Shown: positions 9,180 to 18,194 of the stretch, one piece after another
Layout: each line of letters begins with the position of its first letter
Numbering within the stretch: position 1 is the first letter of the stretch
NCBI GenBank assembly: GCA_045576095.1
Contig: JAZNFP010000055.1
Span: forward strand, 8,247-72,246
Length of the DNA: 64,000 nt
Origin: Eubacteriales bacterium
Lineage (GTDB): Bacteria; Bacillota; Clostridia; Oscillospirales; CAG-272
Direction: 5' to 3'
The notes under the pieces: model-generated
Seen by the model: the letters and a program-made list of their open reading frames with translations, nothing else
The model's database searches: none
Told to the model about the DNA's origin: nothing
Translations under genes and position numbers: made by a program

Positions 9180-10040
9180 TTGAAGATTACCGACATTATC
9201 CGAGGGGGCAAGCCAACTCTTTCCTTCGAGGTTTTTCCGCCCAAAACCGACTCCGCCCTTGAGAGCGTTCGCTTGGCCGCCGCCGAGATTGCCTCGCTCT
9301 CCCCTGCCTACATGAGCGTGACCTACGGTGCGGGGGGAAGCACGGCAGGCTATACCGCCGAGATCGCCTCGTCTCTGCTCGCGCTCGGCACGACGCCCCT
9401 CGCGCATCTCTCCTGCATCGGCGCCTCGCGCGAAAGCATCCGAGAAAAGCTGACCGATCTCAGGGCGCGCGGCATTGAGAACGTCCTGGCTCTGCGAGGC
9501 GATCTTCCCGAGGGCGCCTCGTCGGAGGGGCTTACCTACCGTTACGCCTCGTCGCTTGCTGAGGAGATTCGGGCATTCGGCGGATTTTGCATCGGCGGTG
9601 CCTGCTATCCCGAAAAGCATCCCGAGAGCATCGATTCAGACGCCGACATCGAGGCACTCAGGATCAAGGTCGAGTCGGGCTGCTCCTTTCTGACGACGCA
9701 GATGTTTTTCGACAACAACATTCTTTACAACTTCCTTTACCGCCTGCTCCGCCGCGGCATTGACGTGCCGGTCGTCGCAGGGATCATGCCGCTGACAAAC
9801 GCCGCTCAGATCAGGCGCATCTGCGCCATTTCGGGCACGGCGCTTCCCGCGCGTTTCCTGCGGATCGTCGATCGGTACGGCGATAGCCCCGCCGCCATGA
9901 AGCAGGCAGGCATCGCCTTTGCCACCGAGCAGATCGTCGATCTTTACGCAAACGGGGTGAACGCCGTACACGTCTATTCGATGAACAAGCCCGACGTTGC
10001 CGCAACGATTCGGGGCAATCTTTCGGAGATTCTCCGATGA
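9180..10040 (+). CDS. metF: methylenetetrahydrofolate reductase
   Basis: LSFEVFPPKT, VTYGAGGST and CYPEKHPE motifs. TTG start downstream of AAGGAGG. Confidence 0.88.
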   Translation: MKITDIIRGGKPTLSFEVFPPKTDSALESVRLAAAEIASLSPAYMSVTYGAGGSTAGYTAEIASSLLALGTTPLAHLSCIGASRESIREKLTDLRARGIENVLALRGDLPEGASSEGLTYRYASSLAEEIRAFGGFCIGGACYPEKHPESIDSDADIEALRIKVESGCSFLTTQMFFDNNILYNFLYRLLRRGIDVPVVAGIMPLTNAAQIRRICAISGTALPARFLRIVDRYGDSPAAMKQAGIAFATEQIVDLYANGVNAVHVYSMNKPDVAATIRGNLSEILR

Positions 10041-10618
10041 CACCGCTGACCGTCGTCTACCTTGCTTTAGGGGAACGGGAAATCGTCCCAAGCCGTCGAG
10101 AGCTCGCCGCGCGCTGTAAAGCCCCCGTTGGGGATCTGCCGAAGGACCTCGAAGAGCTCGTCCTTCGCCTTTCCGCCGTCTCGAGCCCTGCCGCCGTTTT
10201 TGCTCACGGTGAAAGGAGCCCCGAGATCACCTCGCTTCTGTCGCTTGAAAACGAGCCCTCTCTTTTGGGGGAACGGATTGCGCTCTTTGCCGTCACGCTC
10301 GGTTACGGAGTTGACCGACTGCTCGAGATTGAAAAAAGACGGAGCGTTGGGAGCGCCTATCTCCTTGACGCCGTTGCCTCGGCAATGGCGGAAGCGGCAG
10401 CCGACGCCGTTGACAGAGTCGTTCGAAAGCGATGCGCCGACTGCCTCTTCGGGCGCCGCTTCAGCCCCGGATATGGTGCGCTTCCGCTCTCGGCAAGCGC
10501 TCCCCTGCTCTCGCTTCTTGCTGCCGACAAGCACCTTGGCATCCGTCAGGGGGAAAGCCTCTTGATGCACCCCACCAAAACCATCACTGCCATTCTCGGA
10601 GGAAAAAATGAAGCCTGA
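10037..10618 (+). CDS. stand-alone methionine synthase (MetH) activation/reactivation-domain protein
   Basis: C-terminal RFSPGYGALPL...HPTKTITAI resembles the B12-dependent methionine synthase activation region. Translationally coupled (ATGA) between metF and metH. Confidence 0.7.
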   Translation: MTPLTVVYLALGEREIVPSRRELAARCKAPVGDLPKDLEELVLRLSAVSSPAAVFAHGERSPEITSLLSLENEPSLLGERIALFAVTLGYGVDRLLEIEKRRSVGSAYLLDAVASAMAEAAADAVDRVVRKRCADCLFGRRFSPGYGALPLSASAPLLSLLAADKHLGIRQGESLLMHPTKTITAILGGKNEA

Positions 10619-12983
10619 TCTCAAAAAAAGGCTCGCGCTGGGGCGCCTGTATTTTGACGGCGGCACGGGAACCGTGCTTGCCGCCCGCGGTCTGCCCCCC
10701 GGCAAGCCCCCTGCACTCTGGTCGATCGAAAATCCGCGCGAGGTGCTGTCGCTCTGCCGTGCCTATATCGAGGCAGGGGCAGACGTCGTAAAAACCAACA
10801 CCTTCGGGGTCACTCCCCTTGCCTACCCGAACGCAGACGAGCTGATTTCCTCTGCCCTTTCGATCGCGAAAGAGGCGAGAGGCACAAGGGATACTCTGAT
10901 CGCCTTTGATATCGGTCCGAGCGGACGGCTGCTCGGCCCCATGGGGGATCTCGACTTTGAGGTCGCCGCGGCTGCCTTTGGCGCGGCGGCGAAAATCGCC
11001 GAGCGTGAGGGCGCCGATCTCGTTCTGATTGAGACGATGAGCGATCTCTACGAGCTGAAGGCAGCCGTGCTCGGCGTCAAGGAGGCCTCTTCGCTTCCGA
11101 TTTTTGCGACCTGTGCCTTTGACCGAACGGGAAAGCTGATGACCGGAGCGGACGGCGCCACGGTTGCAGCCACCCTGGGGGGCCTCGGCGTTACGGCGCT
11201 CGGGCTCAACTGCTCCTTCGGTCCAAGGGAGATGCTTCCCATTCTGAAGGAGCTTCGGGCGGCGACCGATCTTCCCATCATTGCCAACCCCAACGCCGGG
11301 CTTCCGCGCGTTGAGAACGGAAAAACCGTCTACGATCTCTCCCCCCGCGAATTTGCCGAATACGGGAGACAGCTTGCCGAGGCGGGCGCATCCATCCTCG
11401 GGGGATGCTGCGGAACCGACCCCGACTATCTCGCGGCACTCATCGAGAAAACCAAGGATCTTCCGCTTCCCTCAAGGGTGGAGCCGCCCCCAACGCTCAT
11501 CACCTCGGGAACCCACAGCGTAAAGCTCGGGGGCGACCCGATTCTGATCGGCGAGCGTCTGAACCCCACCGGAAAAAAGCGCCTCAAGGACGCCCTTCGC
11601 GCAGGGGACGTCGAGTATTTAATCGGAGAGGCGGAGCGACAGGTTGCCTCGGGCGCCAAGGTCCTTGACGTCAACGTCGGGCTACCTGAGCTTGCCGAGT
11701 CAAGCGTTCTGCCGCAGGTGGTCAGCGAGCTGCAAACGGTGATTGATGCTCCGCTTTGCCTTGATTCGTCCTCGCCCGAGGCGCTTGAGCGTGCGATGCG
11801 CGTCTACTCGGGTAAGCCCCTTGTCAACTCGGTCACGGGAAAGGAAGCGAGCCTTTCCGCCGTTCTTCCGCTGGTGAAAAAATACGGCGGCGTTCTCATC
11901 GCCCTGACGATGGACGAGACGGGCATCCCCGAAACCGCCGAGGAGCGAGTTCTCATCGCCGAGCGGATTGCCGAGCGCGCCGCCGCTCTCGGAATCCCGA
12001 AAAGCGAGCTCCTGATTGATCCGCTCGCCCTGACGGTATCCGCAGACCCCATGGCACCGAGTGTAACGCTCAAGGCAATCCGACTTCTCACCGAGCGCGG
12101 CTTTCGGACCAGCCTCGGTGTCTCGAACGTTTCCTTCGGACTTCCGAAGCGCGATCTCGTCAACGCGGCCTTCTTTTCGGCGGCACTCTCGGCAGGTCTG
12201 TCCGCCGCGATCATGAACCCCGACTCGCTCCCGATGCAGGATACCTACCATGCGTACCGCGCCTTGACGGGGCTTGACGCCGCATGCGAGGAGTATATCG
12301 CCTACGCCGAGGCGCGTACCGAGGTACAAGGCACCGCAGCCCCCGTTTCCCCCGGGTTACGCGAAGCAGACGCCGCTCTGCCGATCGGTGAGGCGATTGA
12401 GGCGGGCCGCCCCGCTCCTGCCAAGGCGGCGGCAGAGCTCGACGGCCGCGATCCAATGTCGGTCATCCAAGACGAGATCGTTCCGGCGCTCGATCGCGTG
12501 GGGCGCGCCTTTGAGGAAAAGCGGGTCTATCTGCCGCGCTTGCTTCTCTCGGCAGACGCCGCCGTCGGGGCGCTTTCGGTTCTTCGTGAGCGCTTCCCCA
12601 AAAAGGGAGATCCCGGTAAGGGCACGATCATTCTTGCAACCGTCAAGGGAGATATTCACGACATCGGTAAGAATATCGTCCGCGTGCTTCTTGAAAGCTA
12701 CGGCTACGGGGTGCTTGATCTCGGCCGCGACGTTCCGCCCCGCCGCGTGCTCGACGCCGCGCGCGAGTGCGGCGCCGCGCTGGTTGGGCTCAGCGCCCTG
12801 ATGACGACGACGGTCCCCGCCATGCAGGAAACCGTTGAGCTGCTCCACCGCGAGCTCCCCTTCGTTCGCGTGATGGTCGGCGGTGCCGTCCTGACAGAGG
12901 AATATGCGCGCGAGATCGGCGCCGACGCCTACTGTGCCGACGCGATGGCGGCGGTCCGCTACGCCGAGTCGCTGAAAAGGTAA
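10608..12983 (+). CDS. metH: cobalamin-dependent methionine synthase (Hcy-methyltransferase, pterin-binding and B12-binding domains)
   Basis: YFDGGTGT, LGGCCGT, pterin-binding module and B12 motif GDIHDIGKNIV. Confidence 0.92.
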   Translation: MKPDLKKRLALGRLYFDGGTGTVLAARGLPPGKPPALWSIENPREVLSLCRAYIEAGADVVKTNTFGVTPLAYPNADELISSALSIAKEARGTRDTLIAFDIGPSGRLLGPMGDLDFEVAAAAFGAAAKIAEREGADLVLIETMSDLYELKAAVLGVKEASSLPIFATCAFDRTGKLMTGADGATVAATLGGLGVTALGLNCSFGPREMLPILKELRAATDLPIIANPNAGLPRVENGKTVYDLSPREFAEYGRQLAEAGASILGGCCGTDPDYLAALIEKTKDLPLPSRVEPPPTLITSGTHSVKLGGDPILIGERLNPTGKKRLKDALRAGDVEYLIGEAERQVASGAKVLDVNVGLPELAESSVLPQVVSELQTVIDAPLCLDSSSPEALERAMRVYSGKPLVNSVTGKEASLSAVLPLVKKYGGVLIALTMDETGIPETAEERVLIAERIAERAAALGIPKSELLIDPLALTVSADPMAPSVTLKAIRLLTERGFRTSLGVSNVSFGLPKRDLVNAAFFSAALSAGLSAAIMNPDSLPMQDTYHAYRALTGLDAACEEYIAYAEARTEVQGTAAPVSPGLREADAALPIGEAIEAGRPAPAKAAAELDGRDPMSVIQDEIVPALDRVGRAFEEKRVYLPRLLLSADAAVGALSVLRERFPKKGDPGKGTIILATVKGDIHDIGKNIVRVLLESYGYGVLDLGRDVPPRRVLDAARECGAALVGLSALMTTTVPAMQETVELLHRELPFVRVMVGGAVLTEEYAREIGADAYCADAMAAVRYAESLKR

Positions 12984-13087
12984 CCGCCTTCCCCGAAAAA
13001 GCCGCGGCAGGGCTTCCGCGCGGGAGCCCTGCCCGCGCCCTCAAAGCATAAAAAAGCTTCTCTGCGCGCTTTCCTTTGAAAAAACTC

Positions 13088-13116
13088 TTGACATTTCATT
13101 CGGAATGTGGTATCAT
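13088..13116 (+). promoter_or_regulatory. sigma-A-type promoter of tRNA-Lys
   Basis: TTGACA, 17 nt, then TGgTATCAT (extended -10) about 17 nt upstream of the mature tRNA 5' end. Confidence 0.6.
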
Positions 13117-13132
13117 ACTATGGCAAAAGAAC

Positions 13133-13208
13133 GCCCCTGTAGCTCAGTTGGCAGAGCATTTGACTTTTAATCAAAGGGTCCGGAGTTCGAATCTCCGCAG
13201 GAGCACCA
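13133..13208 (+). tRNA. tRNA-Lys (UUU), integration target
   Basis: Hand-folded cloverleaf. Anticodon loop CUUUUAA, T-arm CGGAG-UUCGAAU-CUCCG, encoded CCA. One C3-A70 mismatch in the acceptor stem. Confidence 0.88.
13164..13208 (+). repeat. attL: 45-bp direct repeat (anticodon loop to CCA of tRNA-Lys)
   Basis: CTTTTAATCAAAGGGTCCGGAGTTCGAATCTCCGCAGGAGCACCA is identical to 27995-28039. Confidence 0.9.
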
Positions 13209-13341
13209 CGCCGTCAAACGACCGTTTGGCGGCTTTTTATCTGACATTTCGAGAACATTAACCGGGGAACAATCCCCGGCTTTTTTCATGGAAAATCACA
13301 CCCTTTGATTTTTGGGAAAAGGGTGTGCGAAAAAAGAGCAG

Positions 13342-14244
13342 CTATTTGCCGTCCGAGAATCGGTCAAGCGGAGAAAAATTAACAAATTCGGAAACGATCC
13401 GTCGGTTCGCAAGATGAAGATACCTTTTAACCATCTCGAGCGACGTATGACCGAGAATCATCTGAAGAGAATAAATATTACCGCCATTCTCAAGATACCG
13501 AGTTGCAAACGTATGGCGCAAAAGATGAGGGTGCAACCGTTCAATACCGGATGCCGCCTTCAAATCTCGAAAAAGCATCTTAACGCCCGCCTCCTTAAGA
13601 GGCGCAACACCGCCACCGGAAAGCTGCTTAAGAAAGAAAAACGGAGATCCGCAAGAAAGCGGAATCAGATCGGCATAAAGCTGCAGCGCATCCCGAGTCT
13701 GATTTCCAAAAGGTACGGCTCTTTGTTTGTTGCCTTTGCCATCAACGATCACGTAACGCTCGCGAATGTGCAAACGATTGACTCGGATCGTGACGAGCTC
13801 GTTAAGGCGAAGGCCGCCATCGAGATAAAGCGAAAGGATCGCTCGGTTACGCCGATCGAGAAATCCGTCGCCAGGGAAAACGTCAAAGAGCTGACGGATC
13901 TCTTCATCCGTAAGCGTATCAATCACGTCGCGCCGAGCCTTGGGAAGCTTAAAGCGCGAACAAATATCAACCTCAATATAAACGTTGTGGTATAACCAAT
14001 TCAAAAACGCACGAAGCTGCCGAACATAAGTTTGAATCGAAACCGACGAGAGCTCTCTCTCGATCAAATACAGATAATAAGAACGGCAGAGCTCAAAAGA
14101 CAAATCACTTACGTTAAGCTCAGGTGTTGCGAAACCCAAAAAATACCTCAACTGTACTTCGTAATTACGCAAGGTCTTTTGGCTATTACCCTTTATCCGT
14201 TGCTCAATCAAAAACTCTCGAACCGCGTCCTCAAGAGTCATCAT
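13342..14244 (-). CDS. int: tyrosine recombinase / phage-type integrase
   Basis: C-terminal catalytic signature HLLRHTFATRY...LGHTSLEMVKRYLH (H-x-x-R and Tyr). N-terminal SAM-like core-binding domain. Confidence 0.9.
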   Translation of the reverse strand: MMTLEDAVREFLIEQRIKGNSQKTLRNYEVQLRYFLGFATPELNVSDLSFELCRSYYLYLIERELSSVSIQTYVRQLRAFLNWLYHNVYIEVDICSRFKLPKARRDVIDTLTDEEIRQLFDVFPGDGFLDRRNRAILSLYLDGGLRLNELVTIRVNRLHIRERYVIVDGKGNKQRAVPFGNQTRDALQLYADLIPLSCGSPFFFLKQLSGGGVAPLKEAGVKMLFRDLKAASGIERLHPHLLRHTFATRYLENGGNIYSLQMILGHTSLEMVKRYLHLANRRIVSEFVNFSPLDRFSDGK

Positions 14245-15796
14245 CGGCCTCCGTTCCTCGACGTCCAAGCACCGCCTCAAGCTGACGAGTCTTCCGACGC
14301 TTAAGCTCACTGTAAAGCACAGGGCATCGAGGCGCTACAGCCTCGCCGGTACTGCTGTCGATCAATCGACCGTACTGACGAGTATGTGCGTCGTTGTCGT
14401 TAATCTCGCAAAGAGCTGCAGAGAGATCCTCGGAAAGATCTGCAGATTCATAGTCATCCGTAATCAAAGCGGAAAGCCGGGCAACGTTAGAATACATGGA
14501 AATGCTCACCTTCTTTTTATCGACGTTCTGCTGATACGTGCGAAGCACGCCGCCGACGTCTCCGGTGTGATCGTCGATCTTGCATTCTCGGATCCTTTGC
14601 CACCACCATATCAGCTCAGGCTCTTTTGCCTTCCGATCCTTCACAAACTGCAAAGACGTTGACGTTAAATAAGTACAAACAGATTTACGAATAGAAAGAA
14701 GCTTCTCAAGATGCGCAAGATCCGGGAACTCAAGATCGTCCGGTTTCGGCAAACCGTCAACGAGATCCTGCATGCCAGCATACAAACGTCGCTGGGTCTG
14801 AAACTCAAAATTGACAATCGTCGTCACCTCGGGGACAATTCCCTTGATGGCTTCCTCGAGATGAATGTTGTTGTCACTCTTGATATAATATTTCTCGCGA
14901 AGATCTCGGATCCTCCTTTGAAGCACCGGATCCTTGCCATACCGCAGATACCATTCAGAGCGGCCCCAAAGAATGCCGGAGCGGTAGCACCCAAGCTCGT
15001 AAGCACTCTCAAGGCAGAAGCGATCAAACGCCGAAATCAGCCCGTTTTGGCGCCAACGTTCAAAGAAAAATGACTTGTATTTAAGGCAAACAACCTCGTT
15101 TGTCTTATCATAGCAACGAAAAAACACGGTATGAGACTTACGATTTCCAAGCTGCAGCGTCTCTATCTTGAGCTTGTCCGAAAGCTTAAAAAACTTTACC
15201 CCGGAACGGAATTTTGATTTAACGCGCTTTTCAATAGCACAGTCGTGCAGCACTCGAGTCGGATCCGAAATACAGTTGGTATGAAAAGCATAATCAATAC
15301 GGTTTTCCATAACACAAGCAATCTGCAAATTGTTGCGTTCGATAAACTCACGAACAACTTCATACGATTCGCGTATCGCCTTCTTTACCCCCTCGAGGAC
15401 GAGATACCTCGAGCGAAGCTGCACCACCACCCGAGGCGTCTGCACGTTGGGTAGATTCGTGCAGATAAATATATCAAAATCCTCGCCCCGGGCCAAGCAG
15501 ATATCATAATTCGAAAAAGACCTGATCTCAAGGCAAAGCCCAAGATCCTCATAGCGAAGCTCACGGCTCCGATCTGTTTTCTTTTCAGCCTTCAGCTCAC
15601 GCAAACGATTGAGAAAGGACCAAAGTATGATCCATGCTTCCTCATCATCCGCATCGGGCTCCTTGAGATAAACCGAATAATAAAGAGTATCGATGTGATG
15701 CAGCACAGCCTTATCACGAACGTCAAACCATTCAAGACGCTCAAGATCAGACATTTCATTAAAGGCTTTCGTTTGCTTAACACTGATCTTAATCAT
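14231..15796 (-). CDS. Rep_trans-family rolling-circle replication initiator / MOBT-type relaxase
   Basis: LGNRKSHTVFFRCYDKT matches the G-x-R-x-S-x4-R-x-YDK motif of the Rep_trans family (pT181 RepC, filamentous phage Rep, Tn916 Orf20). 521 aa. Confidence 0.7.
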   Translation of the reverse strand: MIKISVKQTKAFNEMSDLERLEWFDVRDKAVLHHIDTLYYSVYLKEPDADDEEAWIILWSFLNRLRELKAEKKTDRSRELRYEDLGLCLEIRSFSNYDICLARGEDFDIFICTNLPNVQTPRVVVQLRSRYLVLEGVKKAIRESYEVVREFIERNNLQIACVMENRIDYAFHTNCISDPTRVLHDCAIEKRVKSKFRSGVKFFKLSDKLKIETLQLGNRKSHTVFFRCYDKTNEVVCLKYKSFFFERWRQNGLISAFDRFCLESAYELGCYRSGILWGRSEWYLRYGKDPVLQRRIRDLREKYYIKSDNNIHLEEAIKGIVPEVTTIVNFEFQTQRRLYAGMQDLVDGLPKPDDLEFPDLAHLEKLLSIRKSVCTYLTSTSLQFVKDRKAKEPELIWWWQRIRECKIDDHTGDVGGVLRTYQQNVDKKKVSISMYSNVARLSALITDDYESADLSEDLSAALCEINDNDAHTRQYGRLIDSSTGEAVAPRCPVLYSELKRRKTRQLEAVLGRRGTEADDDS

Positions 15797-18089
15797 TCGA
15801 GATATCCCTTCTATTGTTGATTTTCAAAAGCTTATCTCCAAAGCGGGAATGCTGGGCCTTGATCTCGTCGGGTGACGCGACAGGGCCCGAATACGTCCGC
15901 GACGTATCATGCTCCCACCAGGATTCGTATTCGTCCTTTTCTTCCTTGGTCAGATCCTCGCCCTCGACGAGCTTGGAATAGATCTTCGGATTGAACTTTG
16001 CCGCACGCTCGGCGAGCACGTCGGCATAGCAGTCGGTACCGTATCTGCCGGCACGGACCTTTTTGTATGCGACCGGGAGCTTAAGCAGCTCAGGCTCTGC
16101 ATCCATATCCTCGCCGTCCTTGAGATGCACGTCCAGCAGCTCAAAGCCGAACAGCTGCTGCTGTCGGCGGATACTCGGGTAAAAGCGGTCCATAAGGCGC
16201 ATGAGCGCGAACGTCGGAAGATCCACGTCGGCGCGGTTGACCGATCGGTCGGCGTAAAAGCCATGCCAAAGCGAGAGAAGAAGATCTCTTAAGAAGCGCT
16301 CGATCAAAAACAGATGATAGGTCGATCTCGGCCCGCTCGAGCCCTTGATGCAAAGAACGTTCGTCAGCTCAAGGACGTCAGCCTGAAGCGAGCTCGGGCG
16401 CTGCTCGTCCCCGATGTACTGCGCGTAAGGCGTATAGCACGCCGTCGAGGAATGCCGCTTGATCTTCAGACGATCGACGATGAGATCGTTCTTGACGTTC
16501 GACGTCGGCGCCGACTCCTTCAGATCCTTGTTGGTGAGGCTATTTCCGTAGTCCTTCCCCATCTCGGTATGACTCCAAATACCGAATTCCCACGCGCCGG
16601 CGGGAGAGGCGGGATCGACCGTCTTGCCAAGGCGGAGAAGATCAAAGTCAGAGACGTGCGCTCTCTCGGCCTCGCCTCGGGGATCGAAGGGCGCCGAACG
16701 GAAGTAATCAGAGGTCCACGCGGGGAACTTCCCCTTGTCAACGTACTTCGCATCGACCCGAAGCGAATAGGACGAAAAAACCGTACACTGCACGCGATAC
16801 ATGTACTGAAGCTCGGCGTAATCGACGATCCGATCGCGGAGATGCGAGACGGTAACGCCATCGGTGAATTTTCTTCTGCCGACGTAGCCGTAGAAAAGGG
16901 CGTCGTCCTCGCGAAGAAGCGAGGTAAAAAGGCTGCGTGTATATGCCTTGCCCTTGAGATCACCCATAAAATACATGATCCCGATCTGCTGATCAAGCAG
17001 GGCCCAGGGATAATCGGGGAACTCGGCGCGGATCTCGAGCATCGACTCCTTCTGTCGGTCGCGGTGCGCGTCCTGGAAGGAAAGAGTCAGGTTGACGTTC
17101 GTTTGCGTTTTGCCGACACCGACCTTGCCGGTAAGTAGAACCAAGAGCGGAAGCCGAGAAACAACGTCGCGAACGGCCTCCTCGAACGTATCAAGCCGCT
17201 TATAAGCAAGATACTGTCGGATCTTAACCGAAAGAACGTACCCGATCACAAGCCAGACCAAAAGCGGCAAAGCGTCGAAAGCTACGGTCAGATCAAGCGC
17301 AAGCTTATAGAGCTGCAGATAAAGGCTCTTGTAATCTGCCGACACCGAAAGATGCAAGAGCAGTGCCACCGCCTCGAGCCCGACCGTCAGAAGATTCGTT
17401 CCGGCAAAAAACAGAAGCGAGAGCCAAACGAGATAAGAGAGCGAGGCACGATACCACAGCTCGCGCACGATCAGCAAGATCGGGGAAAGCCCTCTGCCGA
17501 GCCACCTAAGGAATCGGACCGACCGCGTGCATTTTTCGAAATCGTCATTTTCATCGGTCACAGATCCGCGAATAAGAATCGTCCCGACAAGACAAAGCAG
17601 CAGCACCGGGAGCGCGAGCTGCGAGAGGTACATCGCCAGGATCACGACCTGAACGAAATATGCGAGGAAATGCTCCTTATGAAAGAGAAGCGAGAAGAAT
17701 CTCGACCAAAGGCCCTCGAGCTCCGAGGGGTCGATCGGGAGAAAGGGAACGTACGGAACGTCGGGAACGTCGTTGATGCGGATCGGCAGGCTCCCGGCGT
17801 CAAGATGCATCACGCACAAAAGATATTCCGCCACCGAGAGAAGCAAATCGTAGACCGCACCGCCGAGACGGTAGAAGGACCAGGTGCCGTTGAAGGCGAA
17901 ATACAAGGCGATAAGGACAAATACCGTCGGATAGGCGATCCTTTCAAAGAGGGAGCGGCGGCGCTTTGGAGGCTTTGGCTTCTTGATCTTATAACGCCGA
18001 AGCACCGTTCCGTCGTCAAGCCGGATTCGCTTTGCCGGGTGCAAATGCTTCAAAGGGTCACGACGAGACCGAAGACGGCGGAATAACAT
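15789..18089 (-). CDS. polytopic membrane P-loop NTPase (pI/Zot-like morphogenesis ATPase or TcpA/FtsK-like coupling protein)
   Basis: About six N-terminal TM helices, Walker A LLTGKVGVGKTQ, candidate Walker B YIGDEQ. The start abuts the stop of the 34-aa ORF, and its stop overlaps the Rep start by 8 nt. Confidence 0.65.
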   Translation of the reverse strand: MLFRRLRSRRDPLKHLHPAKRIRLDDGTVLRRYKIKKPKPPKRRRSLFERIAYPTVFVLIALYFAFNGTWSFYRLGGAVYDLLLSVAEYLLCVMHLDAGSLPIRINDVPDVPYVPFLPIDPSELEGLWSRFFSLLFHKEHFLAYFVQVVILAMYLSQLALPVLLLCLVGTILIRGSVTDENDDFEKCTRSVRFLRWLGRGLSPILLIVRELWYRASLSYLVWLSLLFFAGTNLLTVGLEAVALLLHLSVSADYKSLYLQLYKLALDLTVAFDALPLLVWLVIGYVLSVKIRQYLAYKRLDTFEEAVRDVVSRLPLLVLLTGKVGVGKTQTNVNLTLSFQDAHRDRQKESMLEIRAEFPDYPWALLDQQIGIMYFMGDLKGKAYTRSLFTSLLREDDALFYGYVGRRKFTDGVTVSHLRDRIVDYAELQYMYRVQCTVFSSYSLRVDAKYVDKGKFPAWTSDYFRSAPFDPRGEAERAHVSDFDLLRLGKTVDPASPAGAWEFGIWSHTEMGKDYGNSLTNKDLKESAPTSNVKNDLIVDRLKIKRHSSTACYTPYAQYIGDEQRPSSLQADVLELTNVLCIKGSSGPRSTYHLFLIERFLRDLLLSLWHGFYADRSVNRADVDLPTFALMRLMDRFYPSIRRQQQLFGFELLDVHLKDGEDMDAEPELLKLPVAYKKVRAGRYGTDCYADVLAERAAKFNPKIYSKLVEGEDLTKEEKDEYESWWEHDTSRTYSGPVASPDEIKAQHSRFGDKLLKINNRRDISND

Positions 18090-18194
18090 TTAGAGGACCT
18101 CCAAAAACGTTGTCGCGGCGTAGCCGCCAAAGAAGAGAGCGACGAGAAGCAGAAGAAACCGAAGGACGTAATATCCGAGCCTTAGCTTCTTCAT
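18090..18194 (-). CDS. 34-aa single-TM peptide (pVI-like position)
   Basis: MKKLRLGYYVLRFLLLLVALFFGGYAATTFLEVL. Its ATG overlaps the stop of the 628-aa gene (ATGA), and its stop abuts the ATPase ATG. Confidence 0.5.
   Translation of the reverse strand: MKKLRLGYYVLRFLLLLVALFFGGYAATTFLEVL

Noticed and set aside
9040-9180. SAM or cobalamin riboswitch upstream of metF/metH
   Set aside because: The gap is only about 140 nt. It contains just a promoter-like TTGACG and one short hairpin (GGCTCT-GTCA-AGAGCC). None of the conserved SAM-I or B12-box cores are visible.
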